Counted from the stretch's first letter, positions 37,400-48,123 are shown. The stretch: 64,000 nucleotides of DNA from an uncultured delta proteobacterium (GCA_963708295.1 CAVPSJ010000004.1:864001-928000), one strand, 5' to 3'. Notes: generated from the sequence alone by a model not told the origin. Numbers and translations: made by a program.

Positions 37400-38176
37400 T
37401 CACACGGCAGTGATATATCCATGGTAGTCCGTCAGGAAATCGTTGGTCGGACGCTCCAGAATAAACGTACTTACAAAATCCGAGTAGGGCTCCAGAAAGG
37501 GATATCTCTGATGCTTCGCCCAGGGCGGCTCCGTGTAAGCAGGCGGTGAATCGATGACCGATTTGCGCCAGCCGTCAAAGTTCTCGTACCACTGCTCGGT
37601 CAGTCGGTGCCAGGGAAAGAGGGACTCGACCGTACGGTGGCTATAATAACGTGTGAGGCCAGGCTGCTGAATGACTTCCTTTGAATGTACATTGAGAAAC
37701 CAATCCTCCCCTTCGTCCACCGGAACACCTTGTGGGTACTTGAAGGCGATAAGCCATCGAAGAATGGTTTTGTCGTTCAGCCTCAGTTCAGAGCCCAAGA
37801 AGTCTTCTGTGGGCCGGACTGGAATGATGCAGATGGCAGGAGGGTGTGGTCCTTCCGGTCGTCCGTCCCACTCCGTGGTGTAGGGTGGTTTACCTTCCTG
37901 CCCAACAATCCTGTCGTATCCAGGAGGGAAAGTGGCCTTCAGCGTTCCACCGAGCGGCAACGATTCACGCATCCAGAGCTCAGTGACTCGCCAGTTATAG
38001 TATCCGTACGGGATAGCTTCCGGAGGTGCGGGGACGACCCGGTAGCTCAAGTAACGCGACAGAAATGGGGCGATACGGCCCAGGTTCTCCGCAATGTGGT
38101 CCCGGAGCAACCAGCGCTCCATCAGTGGCAATTCATTCATACTGGTAATATTAAGAATCAGGACACGCTTATTCAC
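37400..38176 (-). CDS. Bacterial chalcone isomerase-like protein (EthD/dimeric alpha-beta barrel)
   Basis: ERWLLRDHI, YPQGVPVDEGEDWF, LTEQWYEN..GW, PPWA...YPFLEPY and C-terminal YHGYIT match my recollection of Eubacterium ramulus CHI (RWIYKVHI, FPEGV..AEGEKW, FPFLKPY, YRGYIT). Confidence 0.75.
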   Translation of the reverse strand: MNKRVLILNITSMNELPLMERWLLRDHIAENLGRIAPFLSRYLSYRVVPAPPEAIPYGYYNWRVTELWMRESLPLGGTLKATFPPGYDRIVGQEGKPPYTTEWDGRPEGPHPPAICIIPVRPTEDFLGSELRLNDKTILRWLIAFKYPQGVPVDEGEDWFLNVHSKEVIQQPGLTRYYSHRTVESLFPWHRLTEQWYENFDGWRKSVIDSPPAYTEPPWAKHQRYPFLEPYSDFVSTFILERPTNDFLTDYHGYITAV

Positions 38177-38295
38177 GGCTCCTCCCTAAATTCCCGACCC
38201 AAATTAAGAGCATCGCAGATTTTCTAATTAACCAATGCGAGCACAGAAATAAGACTCGCCTAGTAAGGAAACTGGCAATTCAAGACTTCGTATCC

Positions 38296-38890
38296 TTATT
38301 TGATATACTCCAGCGTCTTGGAATCATACTTCAAGCAACAGGGCACGTTCAATTTGGGATTCTTAATGACCTGATAGAGTTGATACAACTGCGGCAAGAA
38401 TCTGGGGAACCCCAGGGACTCCCGTTTATTATGATTGCTCAAAGCTTCCCGGGCTCCTTCAGTCCATCCCTTCTCCAACATATACGTGGAACGCATCCTG
38501 GTGCCGGTGGGCGACTCTTCGTACTCGTGCATGGTGTAGGAGATGGGCTCGCCGCCGACGGCAGGAGCATCCGGGGCAAGGCGGCCGATGACTACTGCGT
38601 GGCGAATAGATCAGGGGGATGGGGCAAGCTTTAGGAGATTCGAAGCGCATTCGCAATGTTTTTTCCGGCATCGGCGGCTCAACCTCCCGCACAATGTGAA
38701 TGGCTCCTACGTGTCCGTTCTGGGTTGGCGGGATTTCCCAGACGAAAGAAACATGTTCATCCGGGGCCCAGAGGTAATAGGCCTTTTCCATGTTGTCCCA
38801 GAACCAGTCAATCATTTCTGGAGTCACGCCCGGAATCTCATGATAATTCACAAGCGGGTCATACTCCTTTTTAGTCTCCGTTTCTTTCAT
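38296..38890 (-). CDS. DAPG hydrolase (PhlG)/phloretin hydrolase family C-C hydrolase, frameshift near 38603
   Basis: PGVTPEMIDWFW...YYLWAPDEH, HIVRE. The second frame gives MHEY...TRMRSTY...NHNKRE (HxxxE)...FLPQLY, fitting an H/E/H/E metal-ligand pattern. Confidence 0.8.
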
Positions 38891-39006
38891 CGATCTTCCC
38901 TCCTTGAACTGCCCCATTTGCGTAGCCCCTGGTGGAACGAGACCAGTCGAGCAAATGCTAACTTTTTTTATTATCATTCGTTCCCGGACGGATGCCCCTT
39001 CGCGCT

Positions 39007-40248
39007 CTACGGTTTAGAGAGAGAAAAATCGCGAGAATAGACAGGCTGTTTCAAGAATTCCTCCGGTTTGTACTTCCAGAACTGAGAAACATTGGGATAT
39101 GTATAGATCACCGTATTCTGAAGATTTCCGCCTATCCTCTCCACCTTCCGAATATAAATGTTCTGAACCGGATTCAAATAAGGGTCCAGTTTCATGGGAC
39201 CGCGGGGAATGTCCCGAGGCTCCACTTTTTTCAAAGCCTCCAGAAGCTTCCCTTTGTTTTCAACATCTCCATTAATGGCCTTAATTGCCTCCACAGTCCA
39301 CCTTCCTCCTGTGTAGGTTCCTTCCGAGTAACAGGAAGCAGGCTTCTTTGCTTTTTCACGATAAGCCTTCACAAATTTTTTGTTGGCCAGGTTTTCAAGA
39401 GCTTCACTGTAATGGAGGGCTGTGATAATGCCCAACGCTTCGTCGCCCATGGAAGGAAGTGCATGTTCGTCCGTTATAAGCATACCAATGACAGGGATTC
39501 TTGCCTTAAGGCCATAATCCTGATATTGCTTAACGAACTGCATCCCTGAACGACCGGAAACCATGGCCAATACCGCATCGGCATCTTTTGAGAACTGCGG
39601 GAAATAAGGACTAAAATCCGTGATGGTTACAGGAACCCATAATTTTTTATTGATCTTTCCTCCCAGCTCTTCGAACGTTCTTTGAAAACCTCCCACGCTT
39701 TCCCAACCAAATGAGAAATCCAATCCTATGACGTCAATATTCCTGTACTTTAGGACTTTGTAAGCGTATTCTCCGAAAGGATGACAGGGTTGACTGGAAG
39801 CGTAGCCTGTTCGTACAATCCATTTTGCACGTTTTCTCTGCGTAAGATCATCCCCACTGACGATGGGATAAGTCGTAGGAATCTCCTTCGAATCAAGGTA
39901 AGGCGCGAGTGCATAACCGCAGGCTGATGATAAGACTCCGGTCAAAACATGGACGCCATCCTTCTCCACTAACTTTCTTACCTTTGTCATAGCTGTTGTG
40001 GGAAGCGCCTCGTCGTCCTCGGTGATCAGTTCTATTTTTCGGCCAGCCACTTGGTATCCGATTTCTTCAAGATAGAGCTCGAGTCCTAATAACATGTCCT
40101 TTCCATTTGCGGCTGCAGGCCCTGAAAGAGCCGTGATGAAGCCAATCTTAATCGGACCCTTCCCTTGGGCTTGCGATGCAGAAGACCCAAACAGGACTAG
40201 ACTAAAGGCCGCAACGATCCAAATTGCCACACACAATCTTTTTTTCAT
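39007..40248 (-). CDS. ABC substrate-binding protein (PBP1, aromatic-acid-binding type)
   Basis: Signal peptide, IKIGFITALSG, VRKLVEKDGV, DFSPY, NPVQNIYIRKVE. Confidence 0.9.
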   Translation of the reverse strand: MKKRLCVAIWIVAAFSLVLFGSSASQAQGKGPIKIGFITALSGPAAANGKDMLLGLELYLEEIGYQVAGRKIELITEDDEALPTTAMTKVRKLVEKDGVHVLTGVLSSACGYALAPYLDSKEIPTTYPIVSGDDLTQRKRAKWIVRTGYASSQPCHPFGEYAYKVLKYRNIDVIGLDFSFGWESVGGFQRTFEELGGKINKKLWVPVTITDFSPYFPQFSKDADAVLAMVSGRSGMQFVKQYQDYGLKARIPVIGMLITDEHALPSMGDEALGIITALHYSEALENLANKKFVKAYREKAKKPASCYSEGTYTGGRWTVEAIKAINGDVENKGKLLEALKKVEPRDIPRGPMKLDPYLNPVQNIYIRKVERIGGNLQNTVIYTYPNVSQFWKYKPEEFLKQPVYSRDFSLSKP

Positions 40249-40385
40249 CGCTCGCTCCTCCTTTTTATCAAAAGACTATCCTTGAGGTTATAGGTATTTT
40301 TTACTGTGGATTCCGAAATTTTCTGTGCCTTTGTGTTAGAGCGAGGGACCAATCATCTTCGACCTAAACCATTTGTGTTGAGCTT

Positions 40386-41348
40386 TCACACTAGTTCCGT
40401 GTTTTTGATGGCAGCCTCTATCGCCTGCTTCTCCTGGCTGGTCAACTCCTGCATCGGCATACGAACGCGGCCATCCCCTCCTGCCATCCCCAAGAACTGC
40501 GTCCAGTATTTGAAAGTAGCCTGCTTCTTACCGGCGGGAGTCACCTTCGCTAATGCCTTTCGAATGGGGGCGAGCCTCCTGTAGGCTTCCCAGGCTTTGG
40601 CAATCTCTCCCCTGGTCGCTGCTTCGGTGTATTCCTTCATCAGCTTCAGTTTCTTACTTTGCATGACGAAGGGCATCGGATTGGCGATCAAAGCTGGCTG
40701 ACCATTCACGCTTAGATTGATCAACCAGTTGTCCTCTGTATCGGCGTCGCTGATGATGAAGTTATCACTGCAAAGAGCTCTTGCCAATGAGATGTCGGGG
40801 GCCGGGGCAATGTCCTTGACCGCAACAATGGTTTCAATCTCGGCGAGCCTGTTGATGAGCTTGGGACTCATCAAATAACCATGGGCCACCTGGTTGAAAA
40901 GCGCAATGGCGATATTCACCCTATCTGCAATGTACTTGAAGTACTGAAAAACACCCTCTTCAGTCATGGCACCGAAGTAGAACAAAGGGTTGATGATGAT
41001 AGCAAACTCCGCGCCGATGCTTTCGGCATATTTTGTCAGCTCCAGGGTATTCTCCACAGAAGGGTCCGAGGTATAGGGCATGATGACCATGTCCCCCTTG
41101 GTCTCTTCCATAGCTATATCCATGATCCTCTTTCGCTCGGCTATCGTCTGATTGAAGGCCTCACCCATGAGACCGTTAAGAAACATTCCCTCCATATTTA
41201 ACTCGTCGATGCAGTGGCGAAGGTTGCGCCTGAAGCCTGATTCATCAATCTTATAGTCCGGAGTAAAGGGCGTTAGTGTGGCACCCCAGAGACCCTTCAT
41301 ACGCTTCCGTGCATACTCTTTCGCTTCCGATTTGCGATATTTCATCAT
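40386..41348 (-). CDS. DHDPS/NAL superfamily class I aldolase or hydratase-aldolase
   Basis: GLWGATLTPF, NGLMGE, AERKRI, Schiff-base AVKD, RVRMP. Confidence 0.88.
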   Translation of the reverse strand: MMKYRKSEAKEYARKRMKGLWGATLTPFTPDYKIDESGFRRNLRHCIDELNMEGMFLNGLMGEAFNQTIAERKRIMDIAMEETKGDMVIMPYTSDPSVENTLELTKYAESIGAEFAIIINPLFYFGAMTEEGVFQYFKYIADRVNIAIALFNQVAHGYLMSPKLINRLAEIETIVAVKDIAPAPDISLARALCSDNFIISDADTEDNWLINLSVNGQPALIANPMPFVMQSKKLKLMKEYTEAATRGEIAKAWEAYRRLAPIRKALAKVTPAGKKQATFKYWTQFLGMAGGDGRVRMPMQELTSQEKQAIEAAIKNTELV

Positions 41349-41456
41349 TAAGATTCATCCTCCTCTTCTTGCTACGTTTGCAAATGGACTCGGCCCGGGG
41401 CAAGGAAGAAACAACCTCCCTGCGCCCGGGCATCAGGATCATTCCGTCATCGATCT

Positions 41457-42425
41457 TTATTCGTAATCCCTAACGACTTTGACCGACGTCTTTTTCAATC
41501 CTTCGTACAGTTTCCTTCTGACTTCCGGCAGCAGCGGCAGCCGATGCTTCACCGTTGCTCTCGGAATCAGCCCCATCCAATAACAAACCTCTTTATACTT
41601 TGTGATCAGGTCAACCATGGGTCTGACATAAATGACCTCTTCCAGCGGACGGATGCGGTTGAAGTGAATCTTCCGCGCCTCGGACAGATCCCCCTTCTGA
41701 ACTGCATTCCACAAATCGATTAGGCCATGAGGATCCATGCACGCGTATCCTGAGAAAACCCCGTCACATCCCCATAAAAAGGTCATCATCGATGTTGTAC
41801 CCGGAAAGAGAGAGATATTCTCACGGCCCACCGCCCTGAGGGCCTGCATATCCGCCTCCAGCTTGAGCCACCGCGTATCCCATCCGTTCGCCAGTTTGAC
41901 CGCCACGAGATTGTCGATCTCCCTGAAGAGCTTTGCAAAAGCCTCCGTAGGATATTCACATGCCCCTTGATGATCGTAAGACTGGTGCATGACCACCGGG
42001 ATGTTCACCGCCCTGGCAATGGCTTTATGATACTCGACCCCATATCTCGGATCTTCCATCGTATTGAGCAGATAGTAAGCAGGGGCAAGAATCATGACCG
42101 TATCCACGCCTGCCTTCTCCAGCGCCCTGGCCTCTTCAACGCCTTCGTCGATCGTGTGTTTGTGGATCCCGGTGCAGATCGGAATTTTCCCCTGTATTTC
42201 CTCGCGGGCGATCTGAATCACTTTGATCCTTTCTTCTCTGGTCAGGCATTCTCCTTCTCCCGTATGGCCGTTTACGCCGATACCGGCGACTCCTGCCTTC
42301 ACCAGGAAGCGAAAAAGAGACCGCATGGCATCATAATCCACTTTCATATCCTCTGTAAAAACCGTGATGGGATACACATTCACCCCTGTCCATTTGCCCT
42401 TCCATTGAAACTTCTTAATTTCCAT
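41457..42425 (-). CDS. DHDPS/NAL superfamily class I aldolase
   Basis: ITVFTED..VD, NGHTGE, LTREER, AVKL, RLPL. Confidence 0.88.
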   Translation of the reverse strand: MEIKKFQWKGKWTGVNVYPITVFTEDMKVDYDAMRSLFRFLVKAGVAGIGVNGHTGEGECLTREERIKVIQIAREEIQGKIPICTGIHKHTIDEGVEEARALEKAGVDTVMILAPAYYLLNTMEDPRYGVEYHKAIARAVNIPVVMHQSYDHQGACEYPTEAFAKLFREIDNLVAVKLANGWDTRWLKLEADMQALRAVGRENISLFPGTTSMMTFLWGCDGVFSGYACMDPHGLIDLWNAVQKGDLSEARKIHFNRIRPLEEVIYVRPMVDLITKYKEVCYWMGLIPRATVKHRLPLLPEVRRKLYEGLKKTSVKVVRDYE

Positions 42426-42489
42426 TCTTGCTGCTCCTTTCTCTTTTGTGTTTTGTCTGTCTGATCTTTTCTGCAGTCAAAAAAAGTCC

Positions 42490-43732
42490 TTATTTACATC
42501 TCGCATTTCCGGTCTGTGACGGTGGCACGGTGATCTCTTCTTCCGGAATAACGACCGGTTTGCCCGTATAGGGGAATGAGAAAAATTCATTATCTTTTAC
42601 GATAAGCGCCGCCTTGTAGGGGGTAATGATCTGGTGGTCGCAAGCCCTCATGGTTACTTTGCCCCATGGCATATTGTAGCTCGCCCCTTCCCAGGCTTGA
42701 ATCAGTTTCGCCGAATCGGTGCTTCCGGCCCTCTTGATCGCATCAAACATCCATTGCATGCCATAATAGTAATCGTTCACGCCAAAAACCGGGCTATAAA
42801 AGACTTTATCCAGATCCTTGTTCTTTTCCTGAAAGTCTTTAACAAACTTCTTTTGGATCGGGTTACCGAGGTCAATGAGGCTATGATGAATGACCAGATG
42901 ACCCAGGCCCGCTTCTTTTACGTCCTGCATAATGACCGGGTCAAACAAATAGCCTCCTCCGGTTACCGCTTTGCAGCCGAGCTGGCCTTCGGTCTTGATC
43001 AGGTTCCCTAAGTCCGGGCCGAAGTTGGTCGTTAAAATCACCTCTGCGCCGGAGGCGATGACCTTGCTGATATAGGGGGCGAAATCCTTCAAGGCAACGG
43101 GATGGTAGTCTTCTCCGACAAGCTGCGAGCCGGGAATTTTCTTCAAGTTTTGTTTGAATCCCTCGCCCGCTTCGCGGCCCAGTGAGGCATCCTGACAAAG
43201 GATATAGAATTTTTTAAATTTGCTGTACTTAGCAAAATAGGCAATCGTGGCGGCGGTTCGCTGGCCTGTGGTGGGGGTGGTTCTGAACACATAAGGGTTG
43301 AACTCGCTTCCGGTGATGCTTGCCGCTTCGGAGTTCGGGTTGACCGCAACCACTTTATATTTTTCAGCCGCCTTCATCATGGCTAAAAAGACATGACTTC
43401 CGAGACAACCGATCAGGACATCCGCTTTATCCTCGAGGATCAGTTTGGTCGCTTTCCTTACCGCCACATCGGGCTTAAAAGAGCTATCTTCTACGACCAG
43501 CGTCAATCTGCTTGCCAAGGAGTCCTCCCTTTGCATTGATTTCATCCACGGCGTATTTGGCGCCGAGTTGAAAACGGTCCCCAGAGGCCTTAAACGGGCC
43601 GGATATGGCATCGACCATTCCAATCACGATTTTGTCGTTGTCGGCCCTGGCCGGAACTTCCCAGGAAATCATTAACGTAGAAATGAATAAACCGGATAAC
43701 ACGGTGAGACCCAATATCTTCATTTTCCGCAT
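42490..43732 (-). CDS. ABC substrate-binding protein (PBP1), frameshifted near 43500-43560
   Basis: N-terminus in ORF 43484-43732 (signal peptide, ISGPF, AVDEINAKGGLLG), C-terminus in ORF 42490-43623 (KPDVAVRKA, DFAPYISK, MRACDHQ). Confidence 0.88.
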
Positions 43733-43810
43733 GTTAAAACCTCCTTTGACGAATATCGAAATGACTGTGGTGATTTATCTACTTCAGCCGGTTTTCTCTT
43801 TTCACCTCCT

Positions 43811-44518
43811 TTAGACCTCAAGATATTTCTGGCGAATTTCATGGGCATCTTGTACTTCGCCCGCAGTCCCTTGAAAGACGATGGTCCCCTTGCTCATGAC
43901 ATAAAATCTGCCCGCGATCTTAAGGGCGACCTTCATGTTCTGTTCCACAAGGAGAATCGCCGTTCCAAGGTTATGGATGTCCAGGATCACCTTTTTCACC
44001 GTTTCCACAATTTTTGGGCCAAGACCTTCTGTGGGCTCATCTAGAAGCAGGATACGGGGGTTTCCCATGAGCGCCCTTGCCATGGTCAGCATTTGTTGCT
44101 CCCCGCCTGAGAGAAAGGCTCCTTTCTGCCGGTCGCGATTCTTTAACCCCGGGAAATAGTCGTAGACTTTTTCGATGGTCCAGCTTTCTTTGTCTTTTTT
44201 CTGCCGGGGTTTGATGCCGATCACGAGATTTTCCCTCACAGTCAGCCTCGGAAAGATTCTTCTCTCCTCGGGCACGTACCCCACGCCGTGATTGGCAATT
44301 TCATAAGGAGGCCATCCCGATATTTTTATCCCGTTAAAAAGAATGGACCCAGAGCGGGGGATAACCAAGCCGATGATCGATCTGAGGGTGGTGGTCTTGC
44401 CCACGCCGTTTCTTCCGAGGAGACAGACAATTTCTCCTGCGTCCGCAGTCAGGCTGATCCCCTGGAGCATATGGCTCTCTCCATAATAAGTGTCAAGATC
44501 GCTGATCTCTAAAAGCAT
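43811..44518 (-). CDS. livF: ABC transporter ATP-binding protein
   Basis: GRNGVGKTT, VPEERRIF, LSGGEQQML, LLDEPTEGL. Confidence 0.92.
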   Translation of the reverse strand: MLLEISDLDTYYGESHMLQGISLTADAGEIVCLLGRNGVGKTTTLRSIIGLVIPRSGSILFNGIKISGWPPYEIANHGVGYVPEERRIFPRLTVRENLVIGIKPRQKKDKESWTIEKVYDYFPGLKNRDRQKGAFLSGGEQQMLTMARALMGNPRILLLDEPTEGLGPKIVETVKKVILDIHNLGTAILLVEQNMKVALKIAGRFYVMSKGTIVFQGTAGEVQDAHEIRQKYLEV

Positions 44519-44521
44519 CGA

Positions 44522-45268
44522 TCATTCTTCCTCTTGGCCCAGATAAGCATCTTTCACTTGCGGATCATTCCGAATCTGCTCAGGGGAGCCTGAGGCCAGG
44601 ACTTTGCCGTAATAGATGACCGTGATCCGATTGGCGAGCCTGAAGACCACATCCATATCATGCTCAACGATGACGAGAGTTTTCCCTTCGGTCACCCTCC
44701 CGATGAGTTCAACCATCTCCGTGGTCTCGCCTTTAGACATTCCAGCGGTCGGCTCATCCAAAAGGATCAGGTCCGGGTCCATTGAAATGGTCAGGGCGAT
44801 CTCCAGGGCGCGCTGATGACCGTAAGAAAGTTCTCCCGCGATCTCATCTCTTTTCGCGGCCAGGCCGACCAGAGACATCACTCTCTCTGTCTCTTCCAGG
44901 ACGCCATCTATTTTTGAAAGAGTTGAGAAAAGGTTGTAATGGACCTTCCTTTTCGACAGGATGGCATTACGAATATTCTCAAAGACCGTCATGCTGCGGA
45001 AGATATTCGTGATCTGGAATGAACGGGCAACGCCTAAATGCGAGATTTTATGAGGAGGAAGACCCGTGATGTCTTTATCTTTAAATAAGATTTTTCCCCG
45101 GGTGGGGATATACTTGCCTGTGATGAGATTAAAAAGGGTTGATTTGCCGGCCCCATTCGGACCGATGACTGCATGTCTTTCTCCTTGTTCTATCGCCAGG
45201 TCGATTCCAAAAATCACCTTCAGTCCGCTGAAATCTTTTTGTAAACCCTGAATATCGAGAATCGCCAT
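44522..45268 (-). CDS. livG: ABC transporter ATP-binding protein
   Basis: GPNGAGKST, ARSFQ, LSYGHQR, LLDEPTAGM, VEHDM. Confidence 0.92.
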   Translation of the reverse strand: MAILDIQGLQKDFSGLKVIFGIDLAIEQGERHAVIGPNGAGKSTLFNLITGKYIPTRGKILFKDKDITGLPPHKISHLGVARSFQITNIFRSMTVFENIRNAILSKRKVHYNLFSTLSKIDGVLEETERVMSLVGLAAKRDEIAGELSYGHQRALEIALTISMDPDLILLDEPTAGMSKGETTEMVELIGRVTEGKTLVIVEHDMDVVFRLANRITVIYYGKVLASGSPEQIRNDPQVKDAYLGQEEE

Positions 45269-45274
45269 AATTTT

Positions 45275-46249
45275 TTACTGATTCTTTACAGAGACGAAGA
45301 TCGATTTCAATTTTTTCGGAATCAATCCGACGGCTCCTCGATGGAAATAGAGAACCAGGATGATAAAAAAGGCTCCCAGGATGAATTCCCATCGATCCGT
45401 CAAGTGACTGATCCAATCGGTAAAGTAGACGAAAATACCCGCTCCCAGTGCGGGTCCCAGAAAGGATCCTGTCCCTCCGAGGATGGCCATCATGATGACT
45501 TGGGTTGCCATCGCCAGGTCTACGGAGCTTGTAGCTACGAAATCCTGGAACAGGGCATAGAGGCTTCCTGCGATACCCGCGGAGAATGCCGCCATCGTAA
45601 AGACCAAAAGTTTCGAAAAATTGACGTTGTACCCGAGAAATTCAGGGCGGTCTTCATTGACCTTGATCGCCCGGATGGTGTTGCCGAAAGGCGTCCTTAA
45701 AAGATACCAGATCAGAAAAAGGAAAAACATGACGATGATGGCTGAAAGGCAATAGACCGTGCCCGCGTTCGACAGGTTGAGCGTCACGATTCCTAATTTC
45801 ATACTCTTGGGGACGAATCCCCCTATCCCGTCATCCCCGCCGGTCATGCTGCGCCATTTCCATGCGAGGGCCCAGACCAGCTGATTGAAAGCCATTGTCA
45901 ATAAGACAAAGTAGCTCGCCTTGCGCCTGACGCAGAAGAAACCGATGATCACCCCGCCGACCGCCGCTGCGATTCCCGACGTCAGGATCGCCAGGAGCAG
46001 AGGCATTCCGACGATACGTTTCAGGAGGATCGCCGTGGTATAGGCGCCGATCCCAAAATAGGCGGCATGGCCACAGGAGAGGAGGCCGGCATATCCAAAC
46101 AAGAGATTGAAACTGACTGCAAAGAGGGAGAAGTAAATGGCTTCGTTCAGTATCCGGATTTGGACAATCTTCAAAAAGACGGGGGCGAGCAGGATAAGAA
46201 GAATCGTCCCGATGAGAAGAACCCATTGGCGAAACGTTATTTCTTTCAC
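45275..46249 (-). CDS. livM: ABC transporter permease
   Basis: FNLLFGYAGLLSCGHAAYFG, TGGDDG, ILGGTGSFLGP. Confidence 0.92.
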   Translation of the reverse strand: MKEITFRQWVLLIGTILLILLAPVFLKIVQIRILNEAIYFSLFAVSFNLLFGYAGLLSCGHAAYFGIGAYTTAILLKRIVGMPLLLAILTSGIAAAVGGVIIGFFCVRRKASYFVLLTMAFNQLVWALAWKWRSMTGGDDGIGGFVPKSMKLGIVTLNLSNAGTVYCLSAIIVMFFLFLIWYLLRTPFGNTIRAIKVNEDRPEFLGYNVNFSKLLVFTMAAFSAGIAGSLYALFQDFVATSSVDLAMATQVIMMAILGGTGSFLGPALGAGIFVYFTDWISHLTDRWEFILGAFFIILVLYFHRGAVGLIPKKLKSIFVSVKNQ

Positions 46250-47118
46250 ACCTTTTCTCCGAAAAGTCCGGCAGGCCTGATCATCAGAACGACGGCCATA
46301 AGAAGAAATTGGAAGACAAGGGCAAGCTGGGGAATGAACAGGACGCCGAAAGATTGAAGCTCGCCGATCATCAGGGACGCCACAAACGTCCCCCCAAGGC
46401 TTCCCAATCCCCCAACCACCACGACAACGAAAAGGTCGGCCAGCATGTCAATTCCCATTGCCGGATGGGTGCTCAGAAAAGGCCCTGCAACAACCCCTGC
46501 CAAACCAGCCAGCGCGGCTCCCCCTGAAAAGACATACAGAAAAAGTCTGGAAACATTAATGCCGAGACAATTGACCATATCCGCATCGGATACGGCGGCC
46601 CGAATGGCAATGCCGACACGGGTCTTCATGAAAATATACAAGAGAACAAACAAGGCAACGAAGGAAATCAGAAGAACGAATAACCGGTAATCCGGATAGG
46701 TCAGCCCGGTGATGCGGACCGATCCTGAAAGGGCAGGAGGAATCCTTGAAGGCAGGGTGAAATTTCCCCATATCCATTTCACGACTTCTCCGATGACGAA
46801 GAAAATTCCAAGCGTAATGAGAAGCTCATAGGCATGGCCGAAGGCATGGACCTTCTTGAGAAAAAACCGCTCGACCAGGGCCCCGAGAAGACCGACGACG
46901 ATCGGAGCGATGACCAAAGCGAGCCAGAAATTGCCGGTCTTCACAAACACGGTGTACCCCACATAGGCTCCCACCATATAGAAGCCGGTGTGGGCGATGT
47001 TGAGCACTCCCATCATTCCGAAGACCAGACTGAAACCCGAGGCGACAAAGAATAACAACATTCCGTAAACTAGCCCGTGAAGGGCTTGAATGACAAAGAT
47101 TGGAAGCATTGATCCCAT
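46246..47118 (-). CDS. livH: ABC transporter permease
   Basis: GFSLVFGMMGVLNIAH, GIAIRAA, VVVVGGLGS, RPAGLFG. Confidence 0.92.
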   Translation of the reverse strand: MGSMLPIFVIQALHGLVYGMLLFFVASGFSLVFGMMGVLNIAHTGFYMVGAYVGYTVFVKTGNFWLALVIAPIVVGLLGALVERFFLKKVHAFGHAYELLITLGIFFVIGEVVKWIWGNFTLPSRIPPALSGSVRITGLTYPDYRLFVLLISFVALFVLLYIFMKTRVGIAIRAAVSDADMVNCLGINVSRLFLYVFSGGAALAGLAGVVAGPFLSTHPAMGIDMLADLFVVVVVGGLGSLGGTFVASLMIGELQSFGVLFIPQLALVFQFLLMAVVLMIRPAGLFGEKV

Positions 47119-47276
47119 GAGAGACCCCCCATCAGGTGAGCTGATTTTTCCTTCTTCACTCGGGCGATTTCCGAGATGGTCCCTGTCTAGACAAACGTCG
47201 TATCCGTTTTAAATTTCTTTTTCTGTGAGTCGATCCCATTGCCTCCTTCGGCGGCAGGCAGGGGTCTCTCAATCCA

Positions 47277-48083
47277 TCATGAAGTTCTATTCCTCCAATG
47301 ATTATCTTTCCCCATCGATTCTGGATGGAAAAGTTGAGCTTCAATTTCGGAGGCCGCCTTTCTCAGCTCGGCCACGATGGGTGATTTAACTTCGCACTTG
47401 ATCCTTGGCGAAGGCCCTATGACGACCACGGAACCTGCAGGTTCATTCTTATGATTGAATATGGGTACACCGATGGCGTTGATGCCGATGTCAATTTCTT
47501 CCCGGCAAAAACCGACTCCTTGTTTTTTTATCTTTTCGATATGTCTTCTGAATTTCTCGGGATCGGTAATGGTCTTGTGTGTGAGACGGGCCAATTTATT
47601 TTTCAGAATATCGTCCACCACCTCTTGCTTGGAATATGCCAGGATGGTTTTCGTGCCGGCTCCTGCATGAGTGGCAACTCTGCCACCGATATGCCCCCGG
47701 ATGCTGGAAGCCTTGGCCCCTTGAACAACATAGGTAATAATTCCCTTGCCGCCCGAAACCATTTCAATTACCACGGTCTCTCCCAGTTTTTTCCCGAGCT
47801 CTCCCAGCACCGGCATGGCAACGTTGGTTAACCCCTCGCTGACAGATTCCATGGCGGTTTGTCCCAATGAAAAAATGGAGAGGCCGAGCCTGAATTTGCG
47901 TGTGAGCGGGTTCTGCTGAAGAAACCCCTTTCGGGTCAGGATTTGAATCGTCCGGCTCACGGTGGCCACATGGAAGCCTGTGATCCGGTTCAGGTCGGTT
48001 GTCCCCAGTTCAAGATTCGTGGGACTGAAGGTCATGAGGATTTCCAGCGCCTTTTCTACTGCATTCGGTTTATTCGGAGCCAT
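47277..48083 (-). CDS. IclR family transcriptional regulator
   Basis: AVEKALEIL...ATVSR HTH, ETVVI, HAGAGTKTILAY, EEIDIGINAIGVPIF. Confidence 0.93.
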   Translation of the reverse strand: MAPNKPNAVEKALEILMTFSPTNLELGTTDLNRITGFHVATVSRTIQILTRKGFLQQNPLTRKFRLGLSIFSLGQTAMESVSEGLTNVAMPVLGELGKKLGETVVIEMVSGGKGIITYVVQGAKASSIRGHIGGRVATHAGAGTKTILAYSKQEVVDDILKNKLARLTHKTITDPEKFRRHIEKIKKQGVGFCREEIDIGINAIGVPIFNHKNEPAGSVVVIGPSPRIKCEVKSPIVAELRKAASEIEAQLFHPESMGKDNHWRNRTS

Positions 48084-48090
48084 CGAATTG

Positions 48091-48123
48091 TTACATTATG
48101 AAATATGTTTTTGTATTCTGAAA
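48091..48123. promoter_or_regulatory. Putative tandem IclR operator (copy 1)
   Basis: TTACATTATGAAA-N7-TTGTATTCTGAAA, immediately upstream of iclR. 25/33 identical to 49438-49470. Confidence 0.6.

Noticed and set aside
40386-42425. dapA (lysine biosynthesis)
   Set aside because: The catalytic Tyr and the GTTGE motif are not conserved.
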